Assembly (NCBI GenBank): GCA_004022145.1
Contig: RCNU01000017.1
Length of the DNA: 64,000 bases
Source: Paecilomyces variotii
Lineage: Eukaryota
Strand: one strand, 5' to 3'
A program made the position numbers and the translations under genes. Shown here one piece after another: positions 11,196-22,430 of this stretch. The notes under the pieces were generated by a model. It was not told where the DNA came from. It did no database searches and saw nothing but the letters and a program-made list of their open reading frames with translations. Position 1 is the stretch's first letter. The number at the start of each line of letters is the position of its first letter.

Positions 11196-12844
11196 TCACC
11201 GCGCCTTCTTCAACTTGTTTATCTTGCGCCCTAGTACGTCGCGTCCTTCCTCGATTTCTCCGTTTGCCTCTCGCTTGGCCTCTCCCACCTCTTTCAGAAC
11301 ACCACCACGTACAACCCTTCCTTCGATACTGACGCCTTCTTCTTCCCACTCTACCATTTGGCGGCCGACTCTCTGTTCAATAGCAAGGACAAGTTGCACA
11401 TCTCGCTGTCCAACAAGAGTGACTGCTTCACCGTGGCGTCCGGCACGAGCAGTACGACCGACACGATGGACATAGTCGTCCGGGTTCCGAGGAACATCGA
11501 AATTGATAACTAGACTGACTGACGGAATATCCAAACCACGAGAAGCAACATCGGTGGCTACCAGAAGACGAGCAGCTGCTGCTCTGAAACGAGCGAGGTT
11601 TGCTGTCCGCTCTGACTGAGGGAGCAGACTGTGTAGTGAGGCGGCCCTGTGTCCCAGTCGTCGGAGGGTGCGTTCCAGGAGATCCGCTGTTTTTGTGCGG
11701 TTAACGAAGATGATCGCTGGTTTCGAAGCATTGCCTTCAGTGGATAGAAGGACGTGGAGGAATGCTTCGCGGTGTGTCATGGGGACTTGAAGGTAGGTCT
11801 GTTTCAGGGTTGGTGGAATAGATCCCTGATTTTCAGTAGATATTTCGGTCATGAAGATCGGTGGGCGATTGGCTGGTCGAGGCATAGATTTCAGTGCTCT
11901 GACCTCCGGTGTCACTGTAGCGGTGAACAGGAGTGTCTGGCGTTCACTAGAAGGAGGCAGGGCCGATAGACAGGTCTCGACATCAGGCAACATGCTACCA
12001 GGACCACTGGCAAGTAGTCGATCCGCTTCATCGAGAACCACCATGCGCACACGGTTCAGGCCACAAATAGTATCCTGTCCAGAATTATTGATATGGTCCG
12101 CGAGACGACCGGGTGTTGCAATGATCACATGAGGTCTCTGCGAAAGCGCAATGGCCTGAGGACGCATATCGGTTCCGCCGGTGATTAGGACAGGCTTCAG
12201 GTTTTGCGGGGCAGAGATAGCCTTGAACTGCTCGAAAATCTGCAGAGCCAGTTCTCTTCATGATTATTAGCTCGATATTCATATATGAATCATCCAGATA
12301 GGATCAATGCATACCTAGTCGGCGTCAAGACCACGGCAAACACTCCGAACGGATCCTGCGCCCACTTCTGCAAGATTGGAACCGCAAAGGCAACTGTCTT
12401 TCCGGAACCTGTCCTACTTCCACCAATACAGTCCCTCCCTTTAAGGATCTCCGGTATACATGCTTTCTGAATCGCAGTCGGTCTCTTGATCGCCATCGCC
12501 GACAACGCACCCACTAGCCACGGCGCAACCTCGAGCGACTCGAAACTCGAAGTAGTCGTCTGAAGTCCAATCTCCAAAGCATCTCGACTCGAAACTGGCG
12601 CCTCAGCCTCTGCTGCCTTATCCGCAGTCGCTGTGTCCTTCTTCTTTATTCGTGAAAGTGTAGGAAGCGGTGCTGGCGCAACATATGAATCGTCGGAGGA
12701 CGTTGATAATCTTCTTCGCTTGGTTGCCCGCGGCTGTTCGTCATTCTTTTCATTTTCGGTTTCAGATTCTGAACCTGGCCCAGATTCTGCGGAGGACAGT
12801 TCCGCGTCTTCCATTGCTGGTTCACGAGCCTTGGATGGCGCCAT
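11196..12844 (-). CDS. DBP8: DEAD-box RNA helicase for 18S rRNA biogenesis
   Basis: Q motif (PTAIQ), [17 protein letters not shown] across intron 12314-12256, TPGRL, DEAD, a TAT in place of SAT at motif III (typical of Dbp8), SRGLDIP and HRVGRTAR. Confidence 0.9.
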
Positions 12845-13199
12845 CTTGTTTGATTTGGCCTTCAAAAATTCGTCGTCTAGAAAATAAAGTTGATGTATCG
12901 GAGGAAATTCTGCGGCAGAAAAACCGCAGCGGGCGAAAGCGGTGAGTTGATCACGTGATGATACAACCATTTGCTTTCCTAAACGGGTAATAACTGTATT
13001 GCTTCCATCTGCAGATTATTATTTGTCCAAAGAACCTCGGAGACACAGCTCATCTCTTTATTGTTCGGAATAAAAGTGATTCATAGAGTATAGAATCAAA
13101 CACAAATCACTTCGTATGTTCAGGTCCTATCTACAAGGTTTTTATCGCGATATATACATCAAGCATAACCGAGCGCATGGGTATATAGAGTGCAGGACT

Positions 13200-15614
13200 T
13201 TATGCGCGATGAGAATGGCCCTCCTCAGCAGCATTTGTACTTATTATCCTCGTTATAGATGAATGAGGATTTGGTTGTAATTCGTAAATCTCGCCTCTTT
13301 CCATCCCGTCCTCGACGGATGACTCTGAAGAGCTGCGGGGGTCATTGCTGCGTTCGAAAATGCCAGGATTATTTCCTAGAACACCACCGCCGTGCTTAGG
13401 AGGCTCTTCTTCTTCGTTTATGGTAGTTATACTTTCATCCATGCCGTAAGTGCCGCCGACGCTTTCCATGGTGAAGGGACTTGCGGTCGGTGCGTCGAGG
13501 ACGGATAGTTCCTCTTGAGTGAAATAACGAGGTAGGAGGAATGATCGGACGGGAACCAGGAACAGAATGATCACAGGGAACCCGATGGCTGCGATGGTTT
13601 GTGTGATGGCAAAAGTTCCCCCAAAACCGATCAGTTCGAGTATCACGAAAGCCCAGATTGCGCTTCGGCGTTTGAGTCTCTTCAAGGGGTTAGAAGCGGG
13701 GGTGAACTGTCTATCTTGTGCCAAAAAGATGAGTTTCTGCGTGATGCCGTTGCCTTGCAGAGCCTGGACGCCCATGATGAAGAACAGTCCGGCCATCACG
13801 CCTTGTGGGATCAGATGCAGAACAATTAGGAGGGGGCCAGTCATTGTGCCGAGAGTGAGTAGACCTTGAGCTAGATTGCTGAAACGCTGTTCGACGACAT
13901 GATCTGTGACACGCACAGCCTTGCCCTTGTTCGTTTCATTCTCGTCGGCAATATCGCGGGTGACGCAAAGTGCTGCTGTATGGAACGGCGCCTGGGGAAT
14001 AAGGCCGTTGGGGAACGGGATGCCGAGAAGTCCAGCAACGCCAGTAGTGAGGCCTAACAGCCAAAAGTCCCAATGGAACCCTGCTGGTTTGCGTAGCGGA
14101 AACTCGGTGCCTTGTGCTATCAGTGATGATACTACTCGATGTGTTAGTCCTGGATACAGTTTCGGGGAATCCACAACGTACCATTGTGATCGAAATAAAA
14201 CAAAATAGTGAGTAAGATGGCAAAAGGAATGGCCAAAAAAACATCGCCGACATTGATATCCCAGAAATGAATAAACCAGCCTCGGTCAGAAGTCGGGAAG
14301 AACGATTTGCTCGTAGGAAGAGTCTCAACATGCACATCCTTCATGTGACCGTAGTGGACAAAACCGGTGAAAAACACGATGACCAGAGGAGTGCTATAAT
14401 CCTCGATAAACTTCCGCACGTATCTCTGGAAGAGGCTACTGTTACCGAGTTCGTTGCAGACCCATCCGCTCATAAGCACGAGAAGCGCCACCATGACGCT
14501 AAGGAATGCGGAAGTCTCGCCAGCAAAACCCCATTGTCTGGTCAGGACTTGGATGCCTTTCTGGAGATAGATAAATGCGACGTAGAATCCAAAAATATCG
14601 CATGGGAAACGTGTCACGTATTTTAGGCCGTTGCAAGCATTCGTAATAGCGAGGAACCAATGCATCACAAGAGACCAGCTTTGGAAGGAGTCAGTGCAAT
14701 TCCGATATCACCAGCAATGGGCTATCTTACAGTCCGATCCAGCACATAAAGGCCAGATAATTGGTGCCTCTGGGAGTCATGATATCGTAGACAGTGTAAT
14801 TGAAGACAGTAATAGGACCTTGGGATCCAATTAGCTTGTGTCGTCTTTGACTTCGTGGTCACTAGATCAAGACGTACCAGTCACACCGACGATAACCAAC
14901 GGTTGCGCTGCGAAGAGAGCAAACACAACAGCACCGAGTACGGACGCTAGAAGAACCTCATTTACTCCATAGCTCTGATGGGTCTTCTCGAACATATCCA
15001 AAGAGAAAGCCAGGGCCGGCAAGATACTATATGCATGGTAAGCAATTCCATCGTACAACTATCATGAAATAGTATGTGAAGATGTATCTGGTGGTAAGAT
15101 TATGCATTCCGGCTGCGGCTAGAGGGGGATAGGCGACAATTATTGAAATGTAAAATGGTATACTGGGTTCATAAGGAGAAGAGGGACAAGAGAGAGAGAG
15201 TAATTGCATTGTCGGGCCATACTTCGCAAAATACATGTACACAGTAGCAGGAATGACGCGATAATCCCACGCATCCTTCCAATCGCTCCAATAATATGGC
15301 GCTCGTCTTTTGATATCATTCACCATTCCTCGAAACAGGCGCACTTTCCACCATCGCGCGCTCCTCGCCGTCGCCGTCGCGTTGCTGGTAGCCCGACTGC
15401 GTTCGCGATTGATCGTCTCTTCCGACTCTTGGAATGCCGCTGCTGCATTATTGTTGTGTGAACCGCGAGATCGATCAGATCGAAACGACATGAGGCTCTG
15501 AAACATACGGTATTTCTGCCGCGACTGTGACTCTGATGACTCCGGCAAACTGTGGTGGAAATTTGGGCTTGAGGGCAGACCGAAGTCGCTGCGCGAAGGA
15601 TCTTGCGCCTGCAT
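13200..15614 (-). CDS. BOR1: SLC4/HCO3- transporter family borate efflux transporter (multi-exon)
   Basis: Exons read RRAPYYWSDWKDAWDYRVIPATVYMYFAN/ILPALAFS, AAQPLVIVGVTG, VTRFPCDIFGFYV, YFDHNVSSLIAQGTEFPLRKPAGFHWDF, NGLIPQAPFHT and VVEQR. The start codon is uncertain. Confidence 0.88.
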
Positions 15615-16134
15615 CTTATATATTACTTTTAATCGCACGACAACGTCCTGCAAAAAAAGAAGGGCAAATAATTATGTCATTAATATTAGGAGATATAAGA
15701 ACGCAATGCGTCCTAAGGACTGGACTGGGTGTCTTCTGCTAGTTCCTCCGAGCGCGATGCTATCGCAAAGAGAACATCATAGCGGAGGCCGGTCACGTGA
15801 GAGTAATCTTCTGAAATCGCTATTGCTGATTGGAGTAACGGCACCCCGGATCCACCTCCGCAAAATAATCGGAGAACTGGATGATTTCTACACTACGGAG
15901 TATAAACGACGGTGGAAAAGCACGACAGCACCGAAAAGGTTACTTTTGTTGTTTCTGTAATATTAGTTACACAATTTTATCAGGATTAGCGAGAATAGCA
16001 AGACCATAACCCCCCGACCGTACAAAAGATGCCGAAGAGCAGTATAACGAGACTTAAAAACTAAGTCTATTTCACATCAAAGGCATAGCTTCGCCTCCGC
16101 GGTACGAATCACCCACGGCTAGTTATACACTTGT

Positions 16135-18287
16135 TCAAGCAGGAGGGGGAGGTGGGGGAGGCTGGTCACTGGGCGGAGGAGGAGGAGGTCCTTCACCAGG
16201 AGGTGGAGGCGGTGGGCTGCCCGCACCATAATACATAGAACCCATACCAGGTGGTGGAGGGGGAACAGCAGAAAGGCCTGGAGGAGCTCCCATGTTGGGA
16301 GCTGGTGGTGGGAATGCAGGATATCCACCATATCCATAGCCGGCTTGTCCACCGGGGGGTGGAGGCGGGGGCTGCTGTTGCCAGGGAGCGGCTCCAGGAG
16401 CAGCGTAGCCACCGGCATGGGAGCCATATCCATAGTCGGCACCACCGCGGTTCTGCGCCCACGGGGGAGCAGCGTTGTCTCGAGATCCATAGTCGTCGCG
16501 AGAACGGTCCCCGCGACCTCGCTGCTGCCACGGGGCCACATCGCTTGCGGGAGGACCGCGTTGCCACGGCTTCGCATCACGGTCATAACTATCACCATAG
16601 CCTTGATCGTAGCCACCGGGTCCCCCTTCGATCCGTCGGGGAGCTTCGCCGTTTCCAGATGGAGCACCGCCAGAGAGTTCTTGCATGAGTTGCTGGTGTA
16701 AACGTCAGTATCAACCGATGACCATGGATAGTGTAATGGGCATAAACTTACCTCCATCTCACGATCAACTGCATCTCCGCCACCAATAGCACGCTGAGGA
16801 CCACGTCCATAGCCGTTGTTGCGCCAGTCCGTACCGCGCTGTCTATCAGGGCAATCTCTGGCCATATGTCCGGCATTACCGCAGACACGACAGATGATAT
16901 TGGCGGTGAAGTTACGCTGTTCGGGACAGTCGTACTTGCGGTGTCCGATTTGACCGCCTGAAATATCGAATGTTAGAATATGCTTTGTAGAAAAGACAGG
17001 GGAAGACGCCACTTACAGTTCTGGCAAGCCTGGTTCTCGTCATCACGGAGAGTACCGTTGAGGGCGGCTAGCTCTCGGAGCTGGTTGCGCTTGAGCTCGT
17101 TCTGGCCTTCCGGAATCGAAGCAGCCTAACACATTGTTAGTTAGGAAGAAAATAGAGCAAGATCGGCAGTTGCTACGTACCGTTTCAATAACGTTGTGAA
17201 TCAGCTTCTTGGCCTTGTTAACCTTCTCTTCCGTGTCTGCCATGATCAAACAGTGAAGGTCTTCTTCCTGGTTGCTAGTGTGAGCGGCGTCAGATCGACC
17301 CTTTCCTTCCTTGACGGAGCCTTTGCCTCGAATAGCAATCTTGGCTCCGGACTCAGTCTCCATCTTCTTCAATGTGTTTCCACGGGGTCCGATAAGTAAG
17401 CCAACTTTTAGTAGCAAGGAGCTAAGTGTTAGTATTTTGTATCAATTCAAATAGAGCAAAATGTCAAACATCAAACGTAGTTAGCAAGAAACAAGCTGAG
17501 ACATCGACATGACGTCTCCAAGCTCGGCTCGAGCAAAAGGGAGGGAGGGACCAAAAAATGAGAGAAAACGGTTAGGAGTTAGAGGGTTAGTTATCATACT
17601 GAAGTTAATCTCTGGATAGTCATTCACTGGAACATAGACCTTCTCCTGGGTCTTGGTTGGGCGCCTGTAGTCAGAAGGCGGGTGATAGTTAGGAATCATC
17701 TTCATGGCCTTCTCTACGAGCTTGTGGCGCTCATCTTCGAGGCGCTTCCTGTATCGATATTCCCTGGTGTTTACACGTCTTCCGAAATTATCGTACTGGG
17801 GAGGTGGCGACGGAGACCTGTATCTTGTTAGCAAGCAGAATTCACAGAAAGGTATGCTGACAGGCACTTACCGATCGCCATCCGCGGGGACCACATCGTT
17901 GATGCGAAGCTTCTGACTGATCTCCTCAATACGGAGATGCAGAGTGTATGCTTCAAGCTGCTCGTTGGTAAAGTTGGCCATAATCATCGTGGGTAGACCC
18001 ATGAGGCCAGCGGCCTTATTTTCCTGGGCATCTCCCCAACGGTTGCGCTTCTTGCGCTTCTTCACGCCATCAACGGGAGGATCTGCTGTGAAGAAGTTAG
18101 AATCAATTCTTCATAGATTTCAGGGTTATCTTAGATACGTACCTCGAACGGGGCTCCTGCCTCGCTTGACACCATTGTCAGCAACTGCGGATCCAGGCGT
18201 CGAGCCAGCTTCTTCATCACCCCCGAACCTGCGCCGGCCCAGAGGGATGTTGTTAGAACCAGTAATTCCCTGATTACGCCAAGCCAT
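16135..18287 (-). CDS. MSL5: Branchpoint-bridging protein / splicing factor 1 (KH-QUA2, two Zn knuckles, Pro-rich tail)
   Basis: [11 protein letters not shown]2AF-ligand motif, RSPSPPP, KH domain [25 protein letters not shown]2 [16 protein letters not shown], and knuckles [14 protein letters not shown] and [14 protein letters not shown]. Multiple introns. Confidence 0.95.
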
Positions 18288-18811
18288 CTTGTAACTGTTA
18301 GTGTCACACGCGTAGCTGGTCAAGAAGGCCAACTGCAAAGAAATGTTAGAATGGTGGCTTTTAATAGAGCAAAGGGAGATGCGGGCAGGCATGTGGCGAC
18401 CATATTTTGAAACGATATCACGTGAGATTTTGGTGACTAAGCCGGTCGCCCCTCCTTCAGTCAATTCAGTTAACCAACTATTAGGAAGCCATGGTCGTTG
18501 AAGACATGCTGACACGGTTTCCATGGCTCTTAAAGATCATTAGGTCAATAAGCCTGGTAAGAATAATTATACTTTGTTGTTCTACCTATTTCATATGGTT
18601 GCGTTATGATGACCAACCACCGTTCGGCAACAGCAGAGGCACCAGCGTCCTTCCTACGAGTTACAGTAACTAATACTATCAGGTTATGAAGCTTCCAGTC
18701 GTTTATGCGCTGAAACATCTAAAGCATGTCAAACAGACCTCACATATACAGATCACAATGTATGTGATTTTTATCTCATATACACACCACCTACCCAGGT
18801 TCCCTGTGCAC

Positions 18812-19813
18812 TCAATTCTTCTTATCAGCCTTCATTCCCTTCTGCACCCACTCCCTCGTTTCCGCAGCATGCTTCTCAATCGCCTCCTTATCCTTCATAA
18901 TCTCCTTGAAATAGTGAGGATCGGGTACGTTCCGTCCCTTGTCGACCCCAGGCCTCTCGTACATCCGTTCCTCCCAGGCTTTCAGGTTCGGGAATTCATT
19001 GATGTCCACACCGGCCCAACCCGCGGCAGCAACCCAACCCCAGGTTGAAATATCGGCGATCGAGATGTGGTCTCCGACGAGGTAGCCAGATTTCGACTTT
19101 TCGAGCTGCTTGTCCAAGACGCCGTAGAGACGTCTGGTCTCATTGACGTAGCGGTTGACGCCGTATTCGATGCGCTCGGGGGCGTAGCGGTTGAAGTGGT
19201 TCGCTTGGCCTGTTGGATAGAAACGGTCAGCTCTTCGTACGTATGATATATGTAGGGTCAACAAGATTGAGTGATCCAGTTTTGAAACAAGAAGGGGTCC
19301 AATACGCACCTTGCATCGGTCCCAGGCCCGCATTCTGGAACCACAACCAGTTGTTCATCTCGTAATACTCCCTCGTTCCCTTCGGGTACGAGATCTTGTA
19401 ATCCTTGTCGTACTGCTCAGCCAGATACTGAAGGATGCTTCCGGACTCGAAGAGACGAATCTTCTGGCCATCGGTGAACGTGTCCGTGATAGCGGGAATA
19501 CGTCCATTGGGATTGATTTCCAAGAACCAGCTAGCAAGTGACACTGTCAGCCATCGCTCGTACACCTGCAAACAGAAATCCACTGAGTCGAACCACATAC
19601 TCTTCTTTCTGCGTGTTCTTCGACAGCTCGATCTTCACCGTCTTGTATGGGATTCTGAGTCTCGGTATTAGCTTCTGTCTTGACCAAAATGCAGCAACAC
19701 CATGATCAATGTTCCAGTAATAAGACATACCCCAGCTCCTCCAGCGCGATGGAAATCTTAATTCCATTGGGCGTCTGCGCCGTGTAGAGCGTGATGTCTG
19801 GTCGGTTTGCCAT
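18812..19813 (-). CDS. gstA: Ure2-like glutathione S-transferase (GstA type), multi-exon
   Basis: TLYTAQTPNGIKISIALEELG, INPNGRIPAI, LFESGSILQYL, NAGLGPMQGQANHF and YLVGDHISIADI. The symbol is assigned by resemblance. Confidence 0.88.
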
Positions 19814-20587
19814 GTTGGAGAGCTACCAGTTCGTATGCTGAAAGAATTGATGATCCAATGCGAATATTCACCTTGTAAACTTCCAAGGTGGTTATGGGGA
19901 GAGATCCTTATAGAGGAAGAGAAGATAACTCTTTTTTTTTGGTCTCCCGACACGCCTCGACTTACCCCGCCTTCTGTTATTATAAATACGCGAGCTATAC
20001 CATATATCATCGGGATCGGATAGTTAGTTCTGGCAGCTTGGGTGGGGCAGTGATTTATAATGACGCATTTCCGCAACGATTCGAGATCCCGAACGCTTAC
20101 TTACCTTTCTGTTCAAAGGCCAGAAGCCCGAGATACGGTTGGACCGATAGATTCCCGCTTGAAACCCGTCGATGCGTAGGCTGGAGGTGCCGGGTAAAAG
20201 ATATCTTGAACATCGCCATTTTATTGTCTACAGTTGCTTGAGCTATCTACTGAACCAGTTACATATATGCGCTCTACCTATCATGTGGATTTTCGACCGT
20301 GATGCGCACTCTGAACATAAATGGAGAGAAGAAAACGAGGTGTTTTGAAAAAGATAAACGGTAACCTTCATGAAACCCATACTCGGATGGAATCCCAAGG
20401 ATAGATGGTAAAGAAGATGAACGCAGGGGAGAAAGGCTCTGAGGAGTGAAAATGAAGAAGAAGAAAAGAAACTCACAAAAAAATCGTGTACATGAAAGGG
20501 TAACAAGAATGCCTCACACCTCAAGAGTGGCCATCCGAACAAAAAGAAAGAGAAGATCGTGAGCCTGTCCATTGTTGAGTCTAGGAA

Positions 20588-22430
20588 CTACCAGGAAAAG
20601 CTTTCCTCGATGTAGTCGATGTGAGAACTCGTTTGTCTCTTGCGGCACACGCGTCGTACATCGTCACTGAGACTGCCACTACCGCAAACCATGACGCCCA
20701 TAGCGCCAATCTGGCTCTCGACCTCCATATCGACCAGAGCACCGATATTTGGTCGGCCGGGATACATCTGGACAGTCGCGCTCGGGCTTTGTATCTCCCT
20801 TGTGTTGCGGGGGCGAGTAATAAAGAGCAGAATTCGAAGGACGTCCCGGCGGCGTTCCATTCCCAGGATGCTCGTCATCCACGGTCGAATCCATTCGAGG
20901 TGCTCTGGAGACTGAATGACCCAAACGAGAGTCACGCGTCGAGCGGCGACCGTACCATCAGCGTGGCCAGCAACGAGATGGCGGATGAAGGGGACATGGT
21001 GAGTGATACCCACGCCGCCGGCGAACATCAGGACCGTCCCATAAGAATCAAGTGTGTGAATGCTTCCATAAGGGCCTTCCGCAAAAGCCTTGAGAGCGAC
21101 CTTCCCACCCACGCTCCGCTCAGCGCGTTGATATAACTTGTCAGTAAAGCCGGTTCTGCGACGGACCAAAAGCGATATCGTCGCCTTCTGAAGTGCAAGC
21201 ACATCCTGACGGGTCTGCACCAAACCTTTCTCATCGGTGTAGATCTCCTCCGCCTGGCTCCATGCAACGGAGAACGGGTGCGATGTCCAGAGACCTACGG
21301 AGGGCACGTAGAGGTACATATGTTGGCCTGGCTGGAAACGCCACGGGCGTGCCATCTTCAAGGTAATTCTCATACAATCGCCTGGCAGAGCCTCAACAAC
21401 AGCTGTCGTAGCACCATTGCCCAAGTTCCGATACAACAGAATAGCAAACCGGGTGAAGCGCTCGAGGCCCCAAGCAATGAGTGCAACGAGCACATAAGAC
21501 TGCTGGGGAAATTCTTTGAGATGAACCCACAGGAATCCCATGGCCGCTATCACGAGTAGGATGTGGACATGCAGGAATGTCTCATAGAAGGCGTGTCTCA
21601 GAGCGGAAAACGAATGTAGCATGAGGGCGACGAAAGCAATGACGGCCACCAGACCCGTCGTTATCAGGCTACTACCGTCAATTGACTTTTGAACAACTGC
21701 CCAGCCTCCTATGTAATTTGTTAGACTGATATACAAAAGACAGACATGACGTTTGCTTACCTTCTTCTTGTACTTTGTCGACCATCCAGAACAGCATATG
21801 GGCGACGGCCTCCAAGACAACAATACGCGCAAGCCAGCGATGAAGGAGGTTCCATGTATCGAAGGAGACTCGAAGGAGAGGAATCAACGGGTTGTTCCTC
21901 CCAGCCATAATCAAGAGAGGGATCAGGTTGATCGTGGCGATGGTGCCTGTTCTGTTTCTGAGGACGCCGGCAACCGTACTCTGGGGCTTGGGATAGGGAA
22001 CCGTAACCACGCAGAGGACCACATTCATGACCAGGAGCCCAAACAAGAGGAGCGAATGGAAGCGACTTGGCAGAGTGCCCATGCCAACGGCTCGAGAGAG
22101 CTGAAATTCACGGTTGTGCCGTGTCCTGAATAGCGGAGCGTACAGCAAGTGTTCCTTCAGTCTGGCAATTCTCATGTCTGGCGGAAGGAAGAAGCGCTGT
22201 CTGTCATTGTTGAGGCTTGCAAGGCGTCGAATATGGCTGGAGAAACGAGTTGCCAGTTGCCAGATATAGACAAATGCGGCCATGCATCCCAGAACTAATA
22301 TCGTGAGGCGTGCCATCCTGTCGTCGAGGATATCATAGGGCGACGGTCCCTTTTCTTCTCCGCCATCTTTCTTCTCCTCAGCTGCGACAGTAAGCCCCGC
22401 CAGCATAAACACTGCAAATTGATGCTTCAT
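20588..22430 (-). CDS. Ferric/cupric reductase transmembrane component (FRE family), one intron near 21711-21760
   Basis: Signal peptide, heme histidines (LLHRWLARIVVLEAVAH; FLHVHIL), FAD motif HPFS, EGPYG, NADPH motif AGGVGIT, CGSGSL and C-terminal EESFSW. Confidence 0.9.

Noticed and set aside
17481-17599. Coding extension [14 protein letters not shown]... in BBP
   Set aside because: It is read-through into the intron; it interrupts the KH domain and ends in a stop.
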